Shown piece after piece: positions 37,946 to 51,650 of a stretch of DNA of 64,000 nt (position 1 is its first letter; each line of letters begins with the position of its first letter). Made by a program: the position numbers and the translations under genes. The notes beneath the pieces were generated by a model that had not been told where the DNA came from, made no database searches, and saw only the letters and a list, made by a program, of their open reading frames with translations. Source of the stretch: Isurus oxyrinchus (taxonomy: Eukaryota). The stretch covers positions 136,586,001-136,650,000 of the forward strand of contig JANJGN010000005.1 in NCBI GenBank assembly GCA_026770705.1, read 5' to 3'.

Positions 37946-39734
37946 GCAAGGCTTCTTCCTTCCATGTCCACTTATGAGACAATCAAAATGAATGCTAAAT
38001 TCAAAATGGTTCAATGTTACAAAGGCATGGCCTGCATACCTCCTTGGAGATCAACTGATGAACATGGCCTGTGCTGGTCCAATGATTTAAGGTTAAAATT
38101 CAATAGAGCAAAGATGGTTTTGGAAAACATTTCAAAGCACACAGTTGATATGATATAAAGGTTGGATGAGGCAATGAGTTACAGCACTCTTCTTTCCGCT
38201 CTGGTGCTGGGGTTTGAATCTAACTTGGCTAGACAGGATGAAAATGTACTCTATTTTACAGCTGTTAAGGTATTGAGAAAACTGATTTCAGGCACAGATC
38301 TCAAAAGCAGTTCCCAGTAGATCTGACTCCACTTATCAAAGTTTCCTCTACAACACAGAACCAATGCAGAATATATAAATGAATAAAACAAATGTGACAG
38401 GATTGCCTTTTGTATATATCTGTGTTACTGCAGTCTAAATGGATACAGATGAAAGTGATTCAATATGATGGGGGCTTTTGCAAACAGCTCCATTCTTTGA
38501 GCAACAGACACCAACATTTTTTGATGTTAATCAATAGAGTACAAAAGATGTTCAATTCAAGCATTGCCTGGGCAATTTGCTTTTTAAAGAACTTTAATAT
38601 AAGTGTTGAAAATATGCTGTGACATACACAATGTGCTTGAACTGCCTTGTAGGTTTTATCTTGATTGCAAAATGTATGACAGCATACTCTACCTAAAGGA
38701 CATTGACTGCATAAAATATAATATCAGAAGGTAAAATATAATGTGCACTTAATCACAGAAAACAAATAAATACACAACAAATTTTAAAATTCTAATAATT
38801 AATTACATTCAGAATGTAGTGACTGCAGTTTTGCATTCAAATGCAACAGTTATTCTGCCCCAGCTATATCGAATGAACATTAGTAATAATGGTGGATCAG
38901 TTAATCAGTTAATTTCCATGTTCATCTCTGAATACCACCATGGTGCCTTCAAACGCCACCTGAACAGCTAGGAGGCACCTGCAATAACGCAGCACTTCTT
39001 TAGTACTGAAATGGTGTGTCAGCCTAAATTGTACATTCAAGTCTTGGTATGGAACTGAAACCCAAAATAATCCCATTCAGCATCAAGAGCATTAACAAAC
39101 AACCGAGTCGAGCAGAACCAAAAAACAGTTTTGCGAAAGGTATTATCCAGGCTCCCCTGATGGCTCTTTGGCAAATACAAAATGTGTGGTGTGAAATGTA
39201 GTCTTGCAAACAAAGGAGGATCTTGGGTTCAATCACTCATTGATCCTGAGATAGCCAGTTGGTTTTAGTTAAGGAAAAACCTGGGAGGGAGGAGACAGTC
39301 TAGAAACTGGGGTTCTTTTCATTGGGTAGAGTAGATTAAGAGACAGGCTCTTAGAGCTGCTCAGAATTATGAAAGATTTTGATAAAATGAACAAAGGAAA
39401 ATTTCCACTGGGTATTATTTTAAAGTATTCGCCAAAAAAAAAATGAAGATAGAAATTAAACTGAAGTTAAGATATATCCTACCTGAAACAAATGGTAAAA
39501 TCCCAAACCAAAATGATGTTGTAAAATGGAAAAAAAAGGAAGTTGTTAAAAAATTTGGGAAAGAAAAGATTATAATGATGAGGAAACAGCAGAGCGATAG
39601 GTCTGAGCAGAGAGCCACTTCAGAAATTTGACACATGGGTTAAATGGCTATACATTTGTAACATTTACACAAGCCAGGACACCAGTGAGAACATGAAAAC
39701 AAAATTAGGACTTTAATTTGCACGGAATTATATT

Positions 39735-40981
39735 GGTCTGGATTTCACAGTCAGCAGCGAAGCAATGGCAATCACTGTTGACCTAGAAGAAAGCTGCAGC
39801 TAAAGGCCTAATGATCACTGTGGCATGGATTTTCCCTTTCCAGTCATCAGTTTGAATTTGGCGCCAAGTCAAGGGAATCTGCAAGCATCCACCAGGTCTA
39901 TCACCTATTGGGAATTCAGAGGAAACTTCTTTACCCAAAGAGTGGTGAGAATGTGAAACTCGTTACGACAGGGACTAGTTGAAGCAAATGGTATATTTGC
40001 ATTTAAGGAGAAGCTAGTCAAGCACATGAGGGAGAGGGGAATAGAAAGTTAAATATGAGATTGAGGAGGAAGAAAAATGGGAGGAGACTCGGGTGGAGCA
40101 TAAATGCCAGAATGGACTGGCTGGGCTGAATGGTCTGTTTCTGTGCAATAATCTATGTACAGTAAGCAGCCAATCACACTGAAGTAGTCTTAGAGAGCAA
40201 ACAGCCCAGAAGTAAAAGGCACTTTTATCCTTTTAATTACATTTTCCAGATAGAGCAATAAATTATTGGGACAAACTCATGGAATTATGGTAGAAGCTGA
40301 AATATCTTTTTAAAAAGGTGAATTTTAAAATAATGGAAAAATGTGACATTCCACAAATATAAAATTAGTTTCCCTGGGCTGGAAAGGCTTTTCAGCAATA
40401 ATTGTGAACTTAGTATACTGTTCAAAACTCAATTACACCTCATTCAACAAGGTGTAACTTTCTCAAGGGTGTTTGCAGAAACAGTAGTAATGTAAGAGGA
40501 CAAGCTCTCGTCAGTTCAATGATTTCCAATTGAGTACAATCTAGGGGACTTCAGTAACACACCCTATACAGAAACACAGAATCACTGACAACACCTTCTG
40601 GATTTCTTTGTTGAATTGTGCATGTGCAGACTCCAAATGTTGCCACCGCTTTCAGAGGAGTAATGATGACAAAGGGGTGGGATAGCCCAGTTGACTTGAT
40701 GGTTAGCACGTAGTTCAAACTAACAGCAACGGCCCAGGTTTGATTCCCAATCCAGCTGAGGTAGACATGGAACTTACCTCCTCGTTCTGCCCCTGAGTGT
40801 CAAGGCAATGACAAACCACCACTGACAAAAACTGTCAAAAAGAAACAGCTCAGGATGGGGCACCAGCAGGCAAGGAGCCAAAGACCTGCCTTTGGGCAGA
40901 GCACATGTGAACGAATGAATGAACCATGGCAAACAGGTTGACGGCAGACAGTTCGATCATTACCACTACAAAATCCGAGCC
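39735..40981. mobile_element. Probable non-autonomous DNA element with nested CR1 tail (about 39905-40160) and tRNA-SINE (about 40673-40925)
   Basis: Ends GGTCTGGATTTC / AAAATCCGAGCC resemble the Harbinger-type TIRs. The nested SINE has A box tagcccagttg, B box ggtttgattccc and a (gaat)n tail. Confidence 0.5.
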
Positions 40982-41959
40982 AAAGTATTTAAGCAAGGAA
41001 GGAAAAAAAATCTCTGAATTAGCCTTTTAAAGTTAATTTTTGTGTATGTCTGTTTCTTTTGTTCAAGCCAGAAAAGCAAAGAAAACTGTAGTAAAGTAGT
41101 CAGATGGTACGACTAAGTCATGGTATTGTAGCAATTGTTTAAATATGGTAATTATTTCCACAGCTATCAATGTACAAAAATTTGTTCATCATGATATCCG
41201 TGCTATGAACCTGGTTATCCTGGCAGTCACACAGAAATTAGCACTGACCAGTTACTGAACCACCAAAATTCAATCTAAAAAATTAAATGTTTGGGTTTAC
41301 CATACTTTCAACTGCAGGTACTCCTAATCCACAGTCGTTTCATTTGAATTATCAATAACTTCATTCTTTTTGTAGTGTTCTTTTCCTGTGTTGTTTACAT
41401 CACTTCATTTAAATTACTAGATCATTTATATTTTTTAATGAAAGAAAGCATTTTGAATCATCAGGAATAGATTGCAGCATGTTTCAAAGTAGAAGTCTGC
41501 ACAGCTTCCACCAACTCACTAAAATATTGGAAACAACATTCACAATTGTCCTGTAGGAAGGTTGAGAAGCATAAAATGTGCCAATACCCTGCACAATTGT
41601 CCTCCCGTTACTTTAGTACAACCTGAAACCTCCCGTGTTAAACCTAGAAGGCAAATTAATATTCAAACAAAAAATGATTCTTGAGCTCCATTTTGCAATT
41701 AGTCTCACATTAGTCACCAAGGAACATGGAGGAAGGTGACAAAAATTATTCAACTGGTATACATTTCAGGCTCCAACCCTTCAAATGTCCCTCTCCTGGG
41801 CCACCCCCCGCTACCCCCACCAAAGCATCTTGCCTCATCTTTGCAGTTCAGCTATGCAGTATAGCAGAGACCACACAAGGGATTATGGAGGAACACACTA
41901 GTGCACCAAACAGTTGTGTCACTGTAATGTATCTTTTTTAATGAATTCTCATAATATGT

Positions 41960-42515
41960 GTCACTGGCAAGGCTGGCATTTATGCCCCATTCCCAGTTGC
42001 CTGTGAGAAAGTGATGGTGAGCCTTCTTTGAGAACCGCTGCAGTCCGTTTGGTGAAGATGCTTCCATATTGCTGTTAGATATGAAGCTCCAGGATTGCAA
42101 TGCAGCAGGCTGAAGGAATATTTATATATGTCCAAGTCAGAATGGTGAATTGGTAGGTAACAAGGAGGTGGTGGTGTTCCCATGAACCTTTAGCCGTTGT
42201 CCTTCTAGTTGGTGGAGGTCGCAGGTTTGTGAAATGGTAGGTAGTACATACAACAGTTAGGGTACACCAGAGATTGAGACAGTAAATGCTTAAGCTGGTG
42301 GATGGGATGCTAAGCAAGTGGACTACTTTGTTCTGGGTAAATAGGTAGTTTCTTAAAATGTTGTTGCAGCTGCACCAATCTAGGAAAGTGGATAGCATTC
42401 CATCACACTCCTAATTTGTGCCTTTTGGTGGTGGAGGTACTTTGGGGAGTCAGAAGGTGAGTCACTCGCCGTAGAGTACCCAGCTTCTGAAGAGTTCCAA
42501 TAGCCACAGCATTTA
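41960..42515 (-). mobile_element. LINE 3' fragment, same family as 53196-53957
   Basis: Reverse-complement similarity (ggtggtgttcccatg, gtccttctag, ttccatcacactcct). Confidence 0.7.
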
Positions 42516-43219
42516 TACACAACCTATACTTCTTTCCTACATATTACTTAATTTATAGTTTATTTACAATCTTTTAATATGAAAACTCTCCATAATGTGT
42601 AAAAGTGTATTTGATATTGATAACAAAATTAATGTATTAATGCATTGGGACTTGGATAGATTGCACAAGGACTAAATTCACAATCCATACTCTGACCTGT
42701 AATAATCTGTAAATGCTATACCTTACTAAGCACAGTTCAGAGGCAGTGTCACACAGCAGTTTAATAATGCAATAATAATGAATGTTCTGCTGCATCTTGT
42801 GCTACAACAGATACAGAAATGATTAAAATGATTGATGCAGCTAAGTTTTCAAATCACTGCTTAGCCCTCTATTGTTTATTTGCAAGTTGTTTTGAAATGC
42901 ATTAATGTTTCTTCATATTAATGCCTGCTGACTTGATCAATAGATGACTTGTGTTCTTTAACATAAAATGTATTTTGACAATCCTATGGAAGGGCTGCAT
43001 GAGATCTTTCTTATTTCACATGTAAAATCCATCAACAGAAACTAACATAATGGATGTGGTGCTAAGCCATCTTCAAGGAACCATGAAGTATTTCACAGAA
43101 ATGCAACTCAGCACAGTTTACTGATTGATGTGAATTCAGTGTTTTCTATAGCTGCTTAGGTACTTTTGAAAAAGATATCAATGGCATAGCTACAGTTATG
43201 CCCTTCAATTCTGCAATCT

Positions 43220-43650
43220 TGTCTCAGAGTCAAAAGGTTGTGTATCCAAGACCTACTCCAGGGATTTGAGGACAAAATCTAACCTGATGCTCTAGTGCAG
43301 TACTGAGAGAGTGCTATACTGTCAGAGGTTCAGTCCTTCTGATAAGATATTAAACAGAGGCCTGTTTAACCCCTCAGGCAAGTGTAAAATATTCTATGTT
43401 ACTATTTGAAGAAGAGCAGTGAGTTTTCCCTGGTGTCCTGGCCAACATTTATTCATTAACCAACAACACTCAAACAGATTATCTGGTAATTACCTCACTG
43501 TTGTTTGTGCAACCCTGCTGAATGCATATTGGCTGCTGTGTTTTCTACATTACAACAGTCACCACACTTCAAAAATATTCAATTGGCTGGAAAGCACTTT
43601 GGGACATCCTGAGGTCACGAATGCCACTATGTGAATGCAAGCCTCTCTTT
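43220..43650 (+). mobile_element. Near full-length DeuSINE (SacSINE1-like)
   Basis: Deu-domain-like taaacagaggcc...gaagaagagcag...ggtgtcctggccaaca and an L2-like tail. Confidence 0.75.
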
Positions 43651-43974
43651 TCGTCATGAAACAAGACAGGCGAACGGTGATGATGTCTACATGTAATCAA
43701 ACTTTATCCTTGAGGATTGGAAAATAAAATTGGGCACAAGGGAAAAGAATAAAATCCCAGCAGCTGATTCAAATTTTCCCTTCAGGTTTCGTCACCATCC
43801 CCACTCATACTGAACTTTTAATTCTCAGACGCTGAAACACAGCAGATTGCTTCACTGCCTGCCAAACCTCCAGCAATTTTCCAAGGCAAAGACAGTCAAT
43901 TGTCAGGTAAACACATACAACATCAGCTTGTATGCAACACTTTAAAATAAAACAGAGCAGTTATAGGAGTATAG

Positions 43975-44710
43975 TAGTGTAGCCATTATGTTGTTGGCCT
44001 TGTAATCCAGATGCCTGTAAAAATAATCCTGTGAACAACTTCAAGCCACGTCATGGCAGTTTGAGAATTTGAGTTCAGTTAAATAAAATCTGGAGATACA
44101 GGGCTGCTCTCAGTAAATGTGTTCATAAAGCAGTCAAAATGTCATGATGTCATGGCAGCTGGGGAAATTTAAAAATTCAATTAATAAATCTGGAATATAA
44201 AGCTAGTCTAAATAACAGGGACCATTACAACTATCACTGATTGTTGCAAAAACCCAAATGGTTCACAAACGTCCTTTCGGGAAGGAAATCTGCCGTCCTT
44301 ACCCAGTCTGGCCGACATGTGAATCCAGACCCACAACAATGTGGTTGACTTTTAGCTGTCAAGCCATTTCAGTTCAAGGGCAATTAGGGATGGGCAACAA
44401 ACGCTGGCCTTGCTAGTGACACCCAAATCCCATGAAAGAATAAAGAAAAAAATAAAAGCAAATAAAATACGTTCACTGATATCCTGTAGAAACAATAAAC
44501 TTTCTTTGGTCTGACCTACATGTGACTTTAGCTCCACAGCAACATGGTTGATTCTAAAATGCCCTAGGATGTGGCTTAGCAAAGCACTCCGTTGTATCAA
44601 AATGCTGGATAGGACTAGGACTGCAGCAGTTCAAAAAAGGTCCACTGCCACCTTCTTAAGGGCAATAATTGGCTGCCCTGCCAGCAATGCCCACACCCAG
44701 AAGAATGATA
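43975..44710 (+). mobile_element. Tandem/nested tRNA-derived SINE copies sharing a 3' tail with the 53196-53957 LINE
   Basis: Tail caagggcaattagggatgggcaacaaacgctggccttgctagtgacacccaaatcccatgaaagaataaa matches 53883-53955. Confidence 0.75.
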
Positions 44711-44859
44711 AAACAACTACACATTTTCCACTATTGCAAACTAACTTCAGCTTTGTGCCATGATATGTTGTATATGGGAACAGTCACCCAAAGCATTCTT
44801 AGGCAAGGAAAACAAGACTATTGAAGTCACTTACAAGATTTTGCTGTGCAACATTACCC

Positions 44860-45045
44860 AAGGGTGTAGATGGGATCATAGTTTAACATTTCATCTGAAA
44901 GACAGCACCTCTGACAGTTTAGCACATCTTCATTACTACATGGAATGTCAGGCTAGATTATGTGCTCAAATCCTGGAGTGGGGCTTGAATCCATGGCCTT
45001 CTGACTCAGAGATGAGAGTGTTACTACTGAACCAAGGCTGATACC
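44860..45045 (-). mobile_element. DeuSINE 5' part
   Basis: Reverse complement of the 43220-43360 head. Confidence 0.65.
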
Positions 45046-46474
45046 TTGGCTGGAACTGAAAGGACTTCATCCTTATACACTTCTTTTTTTAATACTGGCA
45101 CTTCAAGCGTCACACATGGGTGGGTTTGCACTAAAAATTCAGTCACGAAGTATATATGAAGGTCTGGTTAAATTAATTACAGGTCTGTTGGAATCTGAAC
45201 CCAAAATCTGCAATTTCATCTATTCCTTTGTACACTACAAAGTCAAGTTCTCGACATCCTTTTGAAAGCTAACCAAAAGACATTTGTGACTTTCAACTGA
45301 GGGCTTCATGGTCCTGAACACAACCAAAATGCAAATATATTTAGCCAAAATGGAAATTTTTAATTAATTGGATTAAAAAGGTTGCTGGTGTATGTAGGTG
45401 CATATATATCACTTAAAATCAGTAAATATTAATGCCAAGTATACCTGGGTTGAGATCTTCCAGTCAAAAACAAACCTATTATAATTTTGTTTTTGATATT
45501 CTGTAAACAAAGGTCTAATCAAGCTTAAAGCAAAGATATTAAAGCTTTCATACAGGAGTTCCAATGAAACCACAAAGCCAAACAAAAACAATTTGTCACA
45601 TATTGATATTTTATGAATCAATTCCAATTGATTCAAACAATCTGTGTATTAAAATTTTTATCAGACCACTCATAAAAACAGCTTGACTCTGGGCTACACG
45701 AATTCTTGCTCCCTTGCATTTCATCGGAAAATAGTACCAAGAGTTGGTGAAATGATGATATGTAAACCTTCTTGAATAGGAAACCATAAGAGGCACCATG
45801 GAGACAAACAGCACGGATGATGCAATTTTTGTCATGCAAGACACCATTTACCATCCATGACAGTGTTAATTCCCAAAGGAAGCAAACAGTTAACACTCTC
45901 TTATTCTGACAATCACAAAGTCAGTCCCTGCCATACAAAACAGAGGAATGCAGTCATCACATATTGACTCTTTGGGAGAAACAAGAGAAATCTGTGTCAC
46001 TGTAACACTGGACTTCTTTTCCCAGTGACTGCCCCCTCCCCCTGAAACCCCCTCCTGTCCCACTGGCAACACAAAACGTGGAACTTTTGCAGAAGGTGCA
46101 AAGTTTGATCCTCTGCATTTGCTCTTAGTTAGTATTATCGGACTGCTAACCTGGCTTCCTCCCATCGGAGGGGAGAATTAGCAGAGCTCTCACTCTATTG
46201 TCTACCAAGAAACCCCAATTTCAAAATATTACTATATTCATATTTTCTATAAAATGCACCTTGTGGATTTTGGGTGGAGCCAGATTCAGGCTTAATCATC
46301 ATCGTTCACTGTCTAAGTTATATAATAGTGGTGTGTATCTGGTACCAATAGAACCATATTCTAATGTGACTTAACACCTTCAGAGGTCAAAGGAAATGGA
46401 GGATATACCCCATGTGGAATATGATAGCTCAAACTCATGCTGTATTCATTCTCCCTCAAGATCACTGTTCTCTC

Positions 46475-46700
46475 ATACGAATGTACGAAATAGGAGCAGA
46501 AGTAGGCCATTTGGCCCTTTGAGCCTGCTCCACCATTCAGTAAGATCATGGCTGATCTGTTTGTGTTTTGAATTCCAGATTCCCATCTACCCCCAATAAC
46601 CTTTGATTCCCTTGTCTAACAGGAATCTATCGACCTCTGCCTCACAAATATTCAATGATCCCGCCTCAGAATTCAGAAAAAGAATTCCAAAGTCGCAATA
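46475..46700 (-). mobile_element. CR1-type LINE 3' tail
   Basis: ataggagcagaagtaggccatttggccc...agatcatggctgatct. Confidence 0.75.
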
Positions 46701-46867
46701 GTAAAGCAAGTTTCAAAAATGTGCTTGTTCATTCCAACAGAAAGTGATCATTAATGACAAGCAGTGTGTTAACAGAATTGATTGTCTTTTTTTTAAATAA
46801 ACACTTGTCTATGCAGTGTCATATAGAAATATTTAACTTCAGGTAAAAATTACAGAACACACTTTGC

Positions 46868-48949
46868 ATATCACATTCCTGTTCATTTGCAAATAATCCT
46901 TAATGGTGTTTGCATTTTCCAGTAAGGTTGTGAGTTCAGTAAGGTTGCAACTATCAGAACTAAGCTGACTCACCAATTCTGAGCTGAGAAAGTGCTGTAT
47001 TGAAGGAGTTGTCATCTTTTAAACAAAATATGAAATCAAAGTCCTGTTGCCTATTCAGATAGTTGTAAAAGATCCAATGACACAATCAAAAGAGCAAGAT
47101 ACTCACGCGGTATCTATCAAAATTCTTCCCTTAACTAACTCTGCCAAAACAAATGAACTGGCCATTCGTTTCAGTTCACTGTTTGTTGGGCCTTCCTATG
47201 TGCAAAATATTTTTCTTAACTTGTTTTCAGGGTGTGGACCATCCTGGTGATGAGGCTGCATCTACTGCCCATCCCCAGTTGCTTTGAGAAGGTAATAATA
47301 GCCTCTTCCTTGAACCAATGCAAATGTGTTGATGATATTCTCAAGAAGTATTGAGGGAATGAGGTGCTCAGTCACTCTTCCCAGCCTCTGCCCTTTTTAC
47401 CGGACCACTGATATGATTTGTCCAGTTAAGCTTCTGGTCAATGATGCTCACAAATATGTTGAAAGATCAGGTTCTCAGTAATGACAATGATATTTAATGG
47501 TCAAGGGAAGGTCATTTGTTTTCTTTATGTTGGAGATGGTAATTGTCGTATTTATGTGGCATGAATGTTATCTGTCACTTGTCTTTTGTCTTTCAGAGAT
47601 CCACATAAGACCATTAGACATAGGAGCAGAAATTAGGCCATTCGGCCCATCGAGTCTGCTCCGCCATTCAATCATGGCTGATAAGATTCTCAATCCCATT
47701 CTCCGGCCTTCTCCCCGTAACCTTTGATCCCCTTACCAATCAAGAACATATCTATCTCAGTCTTAAATACACTCAATGACCTGGCCTCCACAGCGTTCTG
47801 TGGCAATGAATTCCATAGATTCATCACTCTCTAGCTAAAGAAGTTTCTCCTCATCTCTGTTCTAAAAGATCTTCCCTTTACTCTGAGGCTGTGCCCTCGG
47901 GTCCTAGTCTCTCCTACCATCTTCCCCACGTCCAATCTATCCAGACCTTCCAGTATTCTGTAAGTTTCAATCAGATCCCCCCTCATCCTTCTAAACTCCT
48001 GAACTCCATCGAGTATAGACCCAGAGTCCTCAAACGTTCCTCATATGTTAAGACTTTCATTCCTGGGATCGTTCTCGTGAACCTCCTCTGGACCCTCTCC
48101 AGGGCCAGCACATCCTTCCTGAGATACGGGGCCCAAAATTGCTCACAATATTCTAAATGTGGTCTGACCAGAGCCTTATAAAGCCTCAGCAGCACATCCC
48201 TGCTTTTATATTCTAGTCCTCTCAAAATAAATGCCAACATTGCATTTGCCTTCCTAACTACTGACACAACCTGCAAGTTAACATTAAGAAAATCCTGGAC
48301 TAGGACTCCCAAGTCCCTTTGCACTCCAGATTTCTGAATTCTCTCCCCATTTAGAAAATAGTCTATGCCTCTATTCTTCCTGCCAAAGTGCATGACCTCA
48401 CACTTCCCCACGTTGTATTCCATCTGCCACTTCTTTGCCCATTCTCCTAACCTGTCCAAATCCTTCTGCAGCCTCCCCGCCTCAATACTACCTGTCCCTC
48501 CACCTATCTTTGTATCATTTGCAAACTTAGCCAGAATGCCCTCAGTTCCTTCATCTAGATCATTAATGTATAAAGTGAAAAGTTGTGATCCCAACACTGC
48601 GGAACTCCACTAGTCATCACATGTATGCTGTTATAGACTGCTCTTTTATGGAGGTGGCTAAACATTTTATAATCATCAAAATATGGGCCCACTTATGACG
48701 TTTTGATAGGGGGAAAACATTTGATGAAGACAGTTGAGGCAACCACAACCATCTTGCTCATCAGATAGGATATCACATTTTTGTTCATTTGCAAAAAATC
48801 CATCATGACGTTTGCATTTTCCAGTAAAGGCTGTGAGTTCAAGCAACTATCAGAACTAAGCCAACTCACCAATTCTGAGCTGAGAGAATGCTGTATTGAT
48901 GGAGTTGTCATCTTTGTTTAAAAAAGTGAAATCAAAGTCCCATTGACCT
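46868..48949 (+). repeat. Direct repeat of about 185 bp (46868-47052 and 48770-48949)
   Basis: Both copies read atatcacatt..gttcatttgcaaa..gtttgcattttccagtaa..gcaactatcagaactaagc..actcaccaattctgagctgaga..ggagttgtcatcttt..tgaaatcaaagtcc. Confidence 0.8.
47604..48615 (-). mobile_element. Relatively young 5'-truncated CR1 LINE (C-terminal RT and 3' UTR)
   Basis: 204-aa ORF LFTLYINDLDEG...KFANDTKIGG...LQKDLDRLGEWAKKWQMEYNVGKCEVMHFG...LYKALVRPHLEYC. Catalytic FADD reads FAND. Confidence 0.93.
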
Positions 48950-49192
48950 CAATTTCACAGACACTGGTGCAATACTCAGTTAAATGCTCCCTCTATGATG
49001 AAATTAGCTACTCTCAATTCTCTTCTGACTTTCAATGCTGTGATGAACTTAGGAACCTCAAACTGTGTCAACAAATACAGTTCAAAAAGTAATTTAGACA
49101 TAAGGCACATCCTTTCAAACAAATAAGACACTATATAAATGCAAGCTCTTTCTTTACTACAATCCCTGAAGAGGATCCAGGAGGAACATTTA

Positions 49193-49699
49193 AAGCTGAA
49201 TTTTCATCCTGATGATTTGGAGGTGCCAGTTGGTTTTCCAACACTATCTTGCCCCCAGTTGTTTTCCCGGAGTGGGATCGTGGGAGGTGGAAGGGTTTCC
49301 CATCCAAAACCAGCAGATAGCCAAGTAACAGGCTTATTGAAGACCAAATGGCCACAGGCCACCCTATTGAGGGGTCCCACAATGATGGCCCGATAGATGT
49401 AGCCAATTTTTAATTCAAAAATTTTCAAATTTGGTGAGAGAGCATCTCAAGATGGAGGCAGTCTCTCTCTCTCCTTCTCTGCTGCTATATCCCTTTCCAT
49501 CCTAGAGGGCCTCCTATTGGCTCTCCAGTTTAGAGAGCCCACCCACCATCCTTAATTGAATGACAAGTGCATCCTTTGCCACAGATTGGCCAGTTCAAGG
49601 AAAATCACCACCAGATGACTGCTCCCAACACCATGTGGGATCAGGAACGCCATTTGACCCTGCCATCAAGGTCCTGATCCAAAACCTAAAATCCTGCCC
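49193..49699. mobile_element. Harbinger-type MITE with TTA target-site duplication
   Basis: tta|AAGCTGAATTTT ... AAAATCCTGCCC|tta (8/12 TIR match). Confidence 0.6.
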
Positions 49700-50993
49700 T
49701 TAGTCTCTGTTCTCAATGGTATCGTGCTAAATGTTAAACCAAAATCTTAAACTATTACAATTGGTTAATTTCACATGGCATTTTTTTTTTCAGGACAATG
49801 TGAGATTCTTTGCTAACGCCTAGAGTGATCTGGTTCTAAGATGGGAGCAGAACTCACCATTGGCAGGGGAAAGGAGAGAAAGCTAGAGGAACAATCTTTT
49901 AAACTTTGTCATCACTTCTCTGAATTAGAAAATACGAATAAAGGAATATTTTGAAATTGAATGTTTATCCAACAAGCTATTCACTGACATAAGACTGACA
50001 AAAAATGAATCTTCTCTCAAATCAGTCTCACCAGCGAAATCCTACTCTTCAAAAGAAAATAATGAGCCTTTTTGCTTTGTCTCCTTATTTTTAAAACATT
50101 TGTTGAAACCACAAATGGCAAAGAAATTCACCTGAGCACAAGGATGGGAGAAAAAGAATGAGCATCTGATTGGTATAATAATTTTTCCAGAAAGCTTCAG
50201 GAAGTTGGCTGTTTCAATTATGTAGGCTAATCACACCCCACCATACCACTGGGCTCAGTATCATTCAAAATTGCCTCTTTAATTCAACAAAAAATACTCA
50301 AGAAAATTAAAAGTAGGGTAAAAAAAAATTCTTGCTATATTCAAAAGTAGCAATCTTTGTAATCCCTTGATCTGTATATGTAATAATGTTAGTGGAGGAT
50401 CCCTCTTTCAAGTGTTTACACTTCGAACATTTTTCCCCACATGCTTCACAACCTTTTAAGCACACAATTTCACAAGGTGGCCCATGTCTGAACCAAAACA
50501 AAAAAGAGACAAGTTACAACTATCAACTATTTTCTTGCTGATATCCACTAAAGAGCAGTGCAACATTTATGAAATCATAAACGAACAGTTGCCAGTCTAG
50601 ACATAAATAACCTTAAGTAAATACAAATCACTGTTGAAAGTGTCTACCGCAATGAATCACTTCTCATTTTCCCTGTATTTGCAAAATCAGAGAATTTTGA
50701 ACAACAATCAATAGTGCTGATTTGTGTTAGGCTAAAAATGATTTTGCAATATATAGTGTTATGCTCTTGATCAACAAATGTTCCTGAAGGTACAGACTTT
50801 TTGTCTCTTTCAATAGTACCTACATTCACCATTATTGTCTTAAAGCCATGTCAAATGGAATCAGGTGACTGAACCTTTGGCCCAACAAGGGAAAATGGAA
50901 GCACATCATAAAGATGACCATCAGACAAATGAGCCTAATTTAAATTGCTTGTATTATGTTTAGCATGTTTTTGATGGTAGCATTCATGAACGA

Positions 50994-51650
50994 CTTGGAC
51001 TCATCAAGACAATTTGCAAGAAAATACCAATGTCAAGGGAATCAACATATTTATACTGTATGAGAAGAGAGTGCTGATTGGTTGCCAAGTGGACTCTGAT
51101 TGGTAGAGACATTCAAACGGAGAATGCACACTTGATTGCAACTGACAGTTAACTGCCAAGATTTGTGTGAAATTTAAACCAGACAGCTCGACTCTGATTA
51201 GTCAAGGCATTGTCCTGGGGAAAGAACCAGCAAATGGCTATCACTTAGTTTGTTCAGTTGAAATGGGTGCAGTGTGTGTACCTGTTCTTCCTGTCTGCAA
51301 ATAACAGGGCCCTGTGTATTAATATATGTAGCTTCCAGTTCATGCCTGTTTCAGCTAAACAAAATAAGTGACAGCCATTCGCAGGTTCATTCCCCAGGGC
51401 AATGTCTTGACCAGAGTCAAGCTACCTGGTTTAAATTTCAAACAATGCTTGGCAGTTAACTGTCAGTCACAATCAACTATGCATTTTCCGTGGCAATGCC
51501 CCTACAAATCAGAGTCCATTTGCTAATCAGCACTCTCTTCTCAAACAGTAAAAAAAAAGTTGTTTCCCCTGACATTGGTATTTTCTTGCGCATTGTTCTG
51601 ATGGGTGCAAGATGAAAAGCTTCAATAAAAAATCTTTTCTTTCAGCAATA
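50994..51650. mobile_element. Large fold-back element (arms of about 275 bp), probably inverted PLE pseudo-LTRs of a second family
   Basis: 50994-51270 is the reverse complement of 51343-51611 (e.g. gcaagaaaataccaatgtca / tgacattggtattttcttgc; actgacagttaactgccaag / cttggcagttaactgtcagt). A hammerhead-like core sits at the outer end. Confidence 0.8.
51593..51628 (+). ncRNA. Degenerate minimal hammerhead ribozyme motif
   Basis: UUGUU CUGAUGG GU gcaag AU GAAA AGCU UC AAUAA; palindromic AAGCUU stem III. The other arm reads UUGAUGA, so the consensus is CUGAUGA. Confidence 0.5.

Noticed and set aside
40673-40760. tRNA-like A and B boxes
   Set aside because: No cloverleaf; continues into a SINE body and (gaat)n tail, so it is a SINE head.
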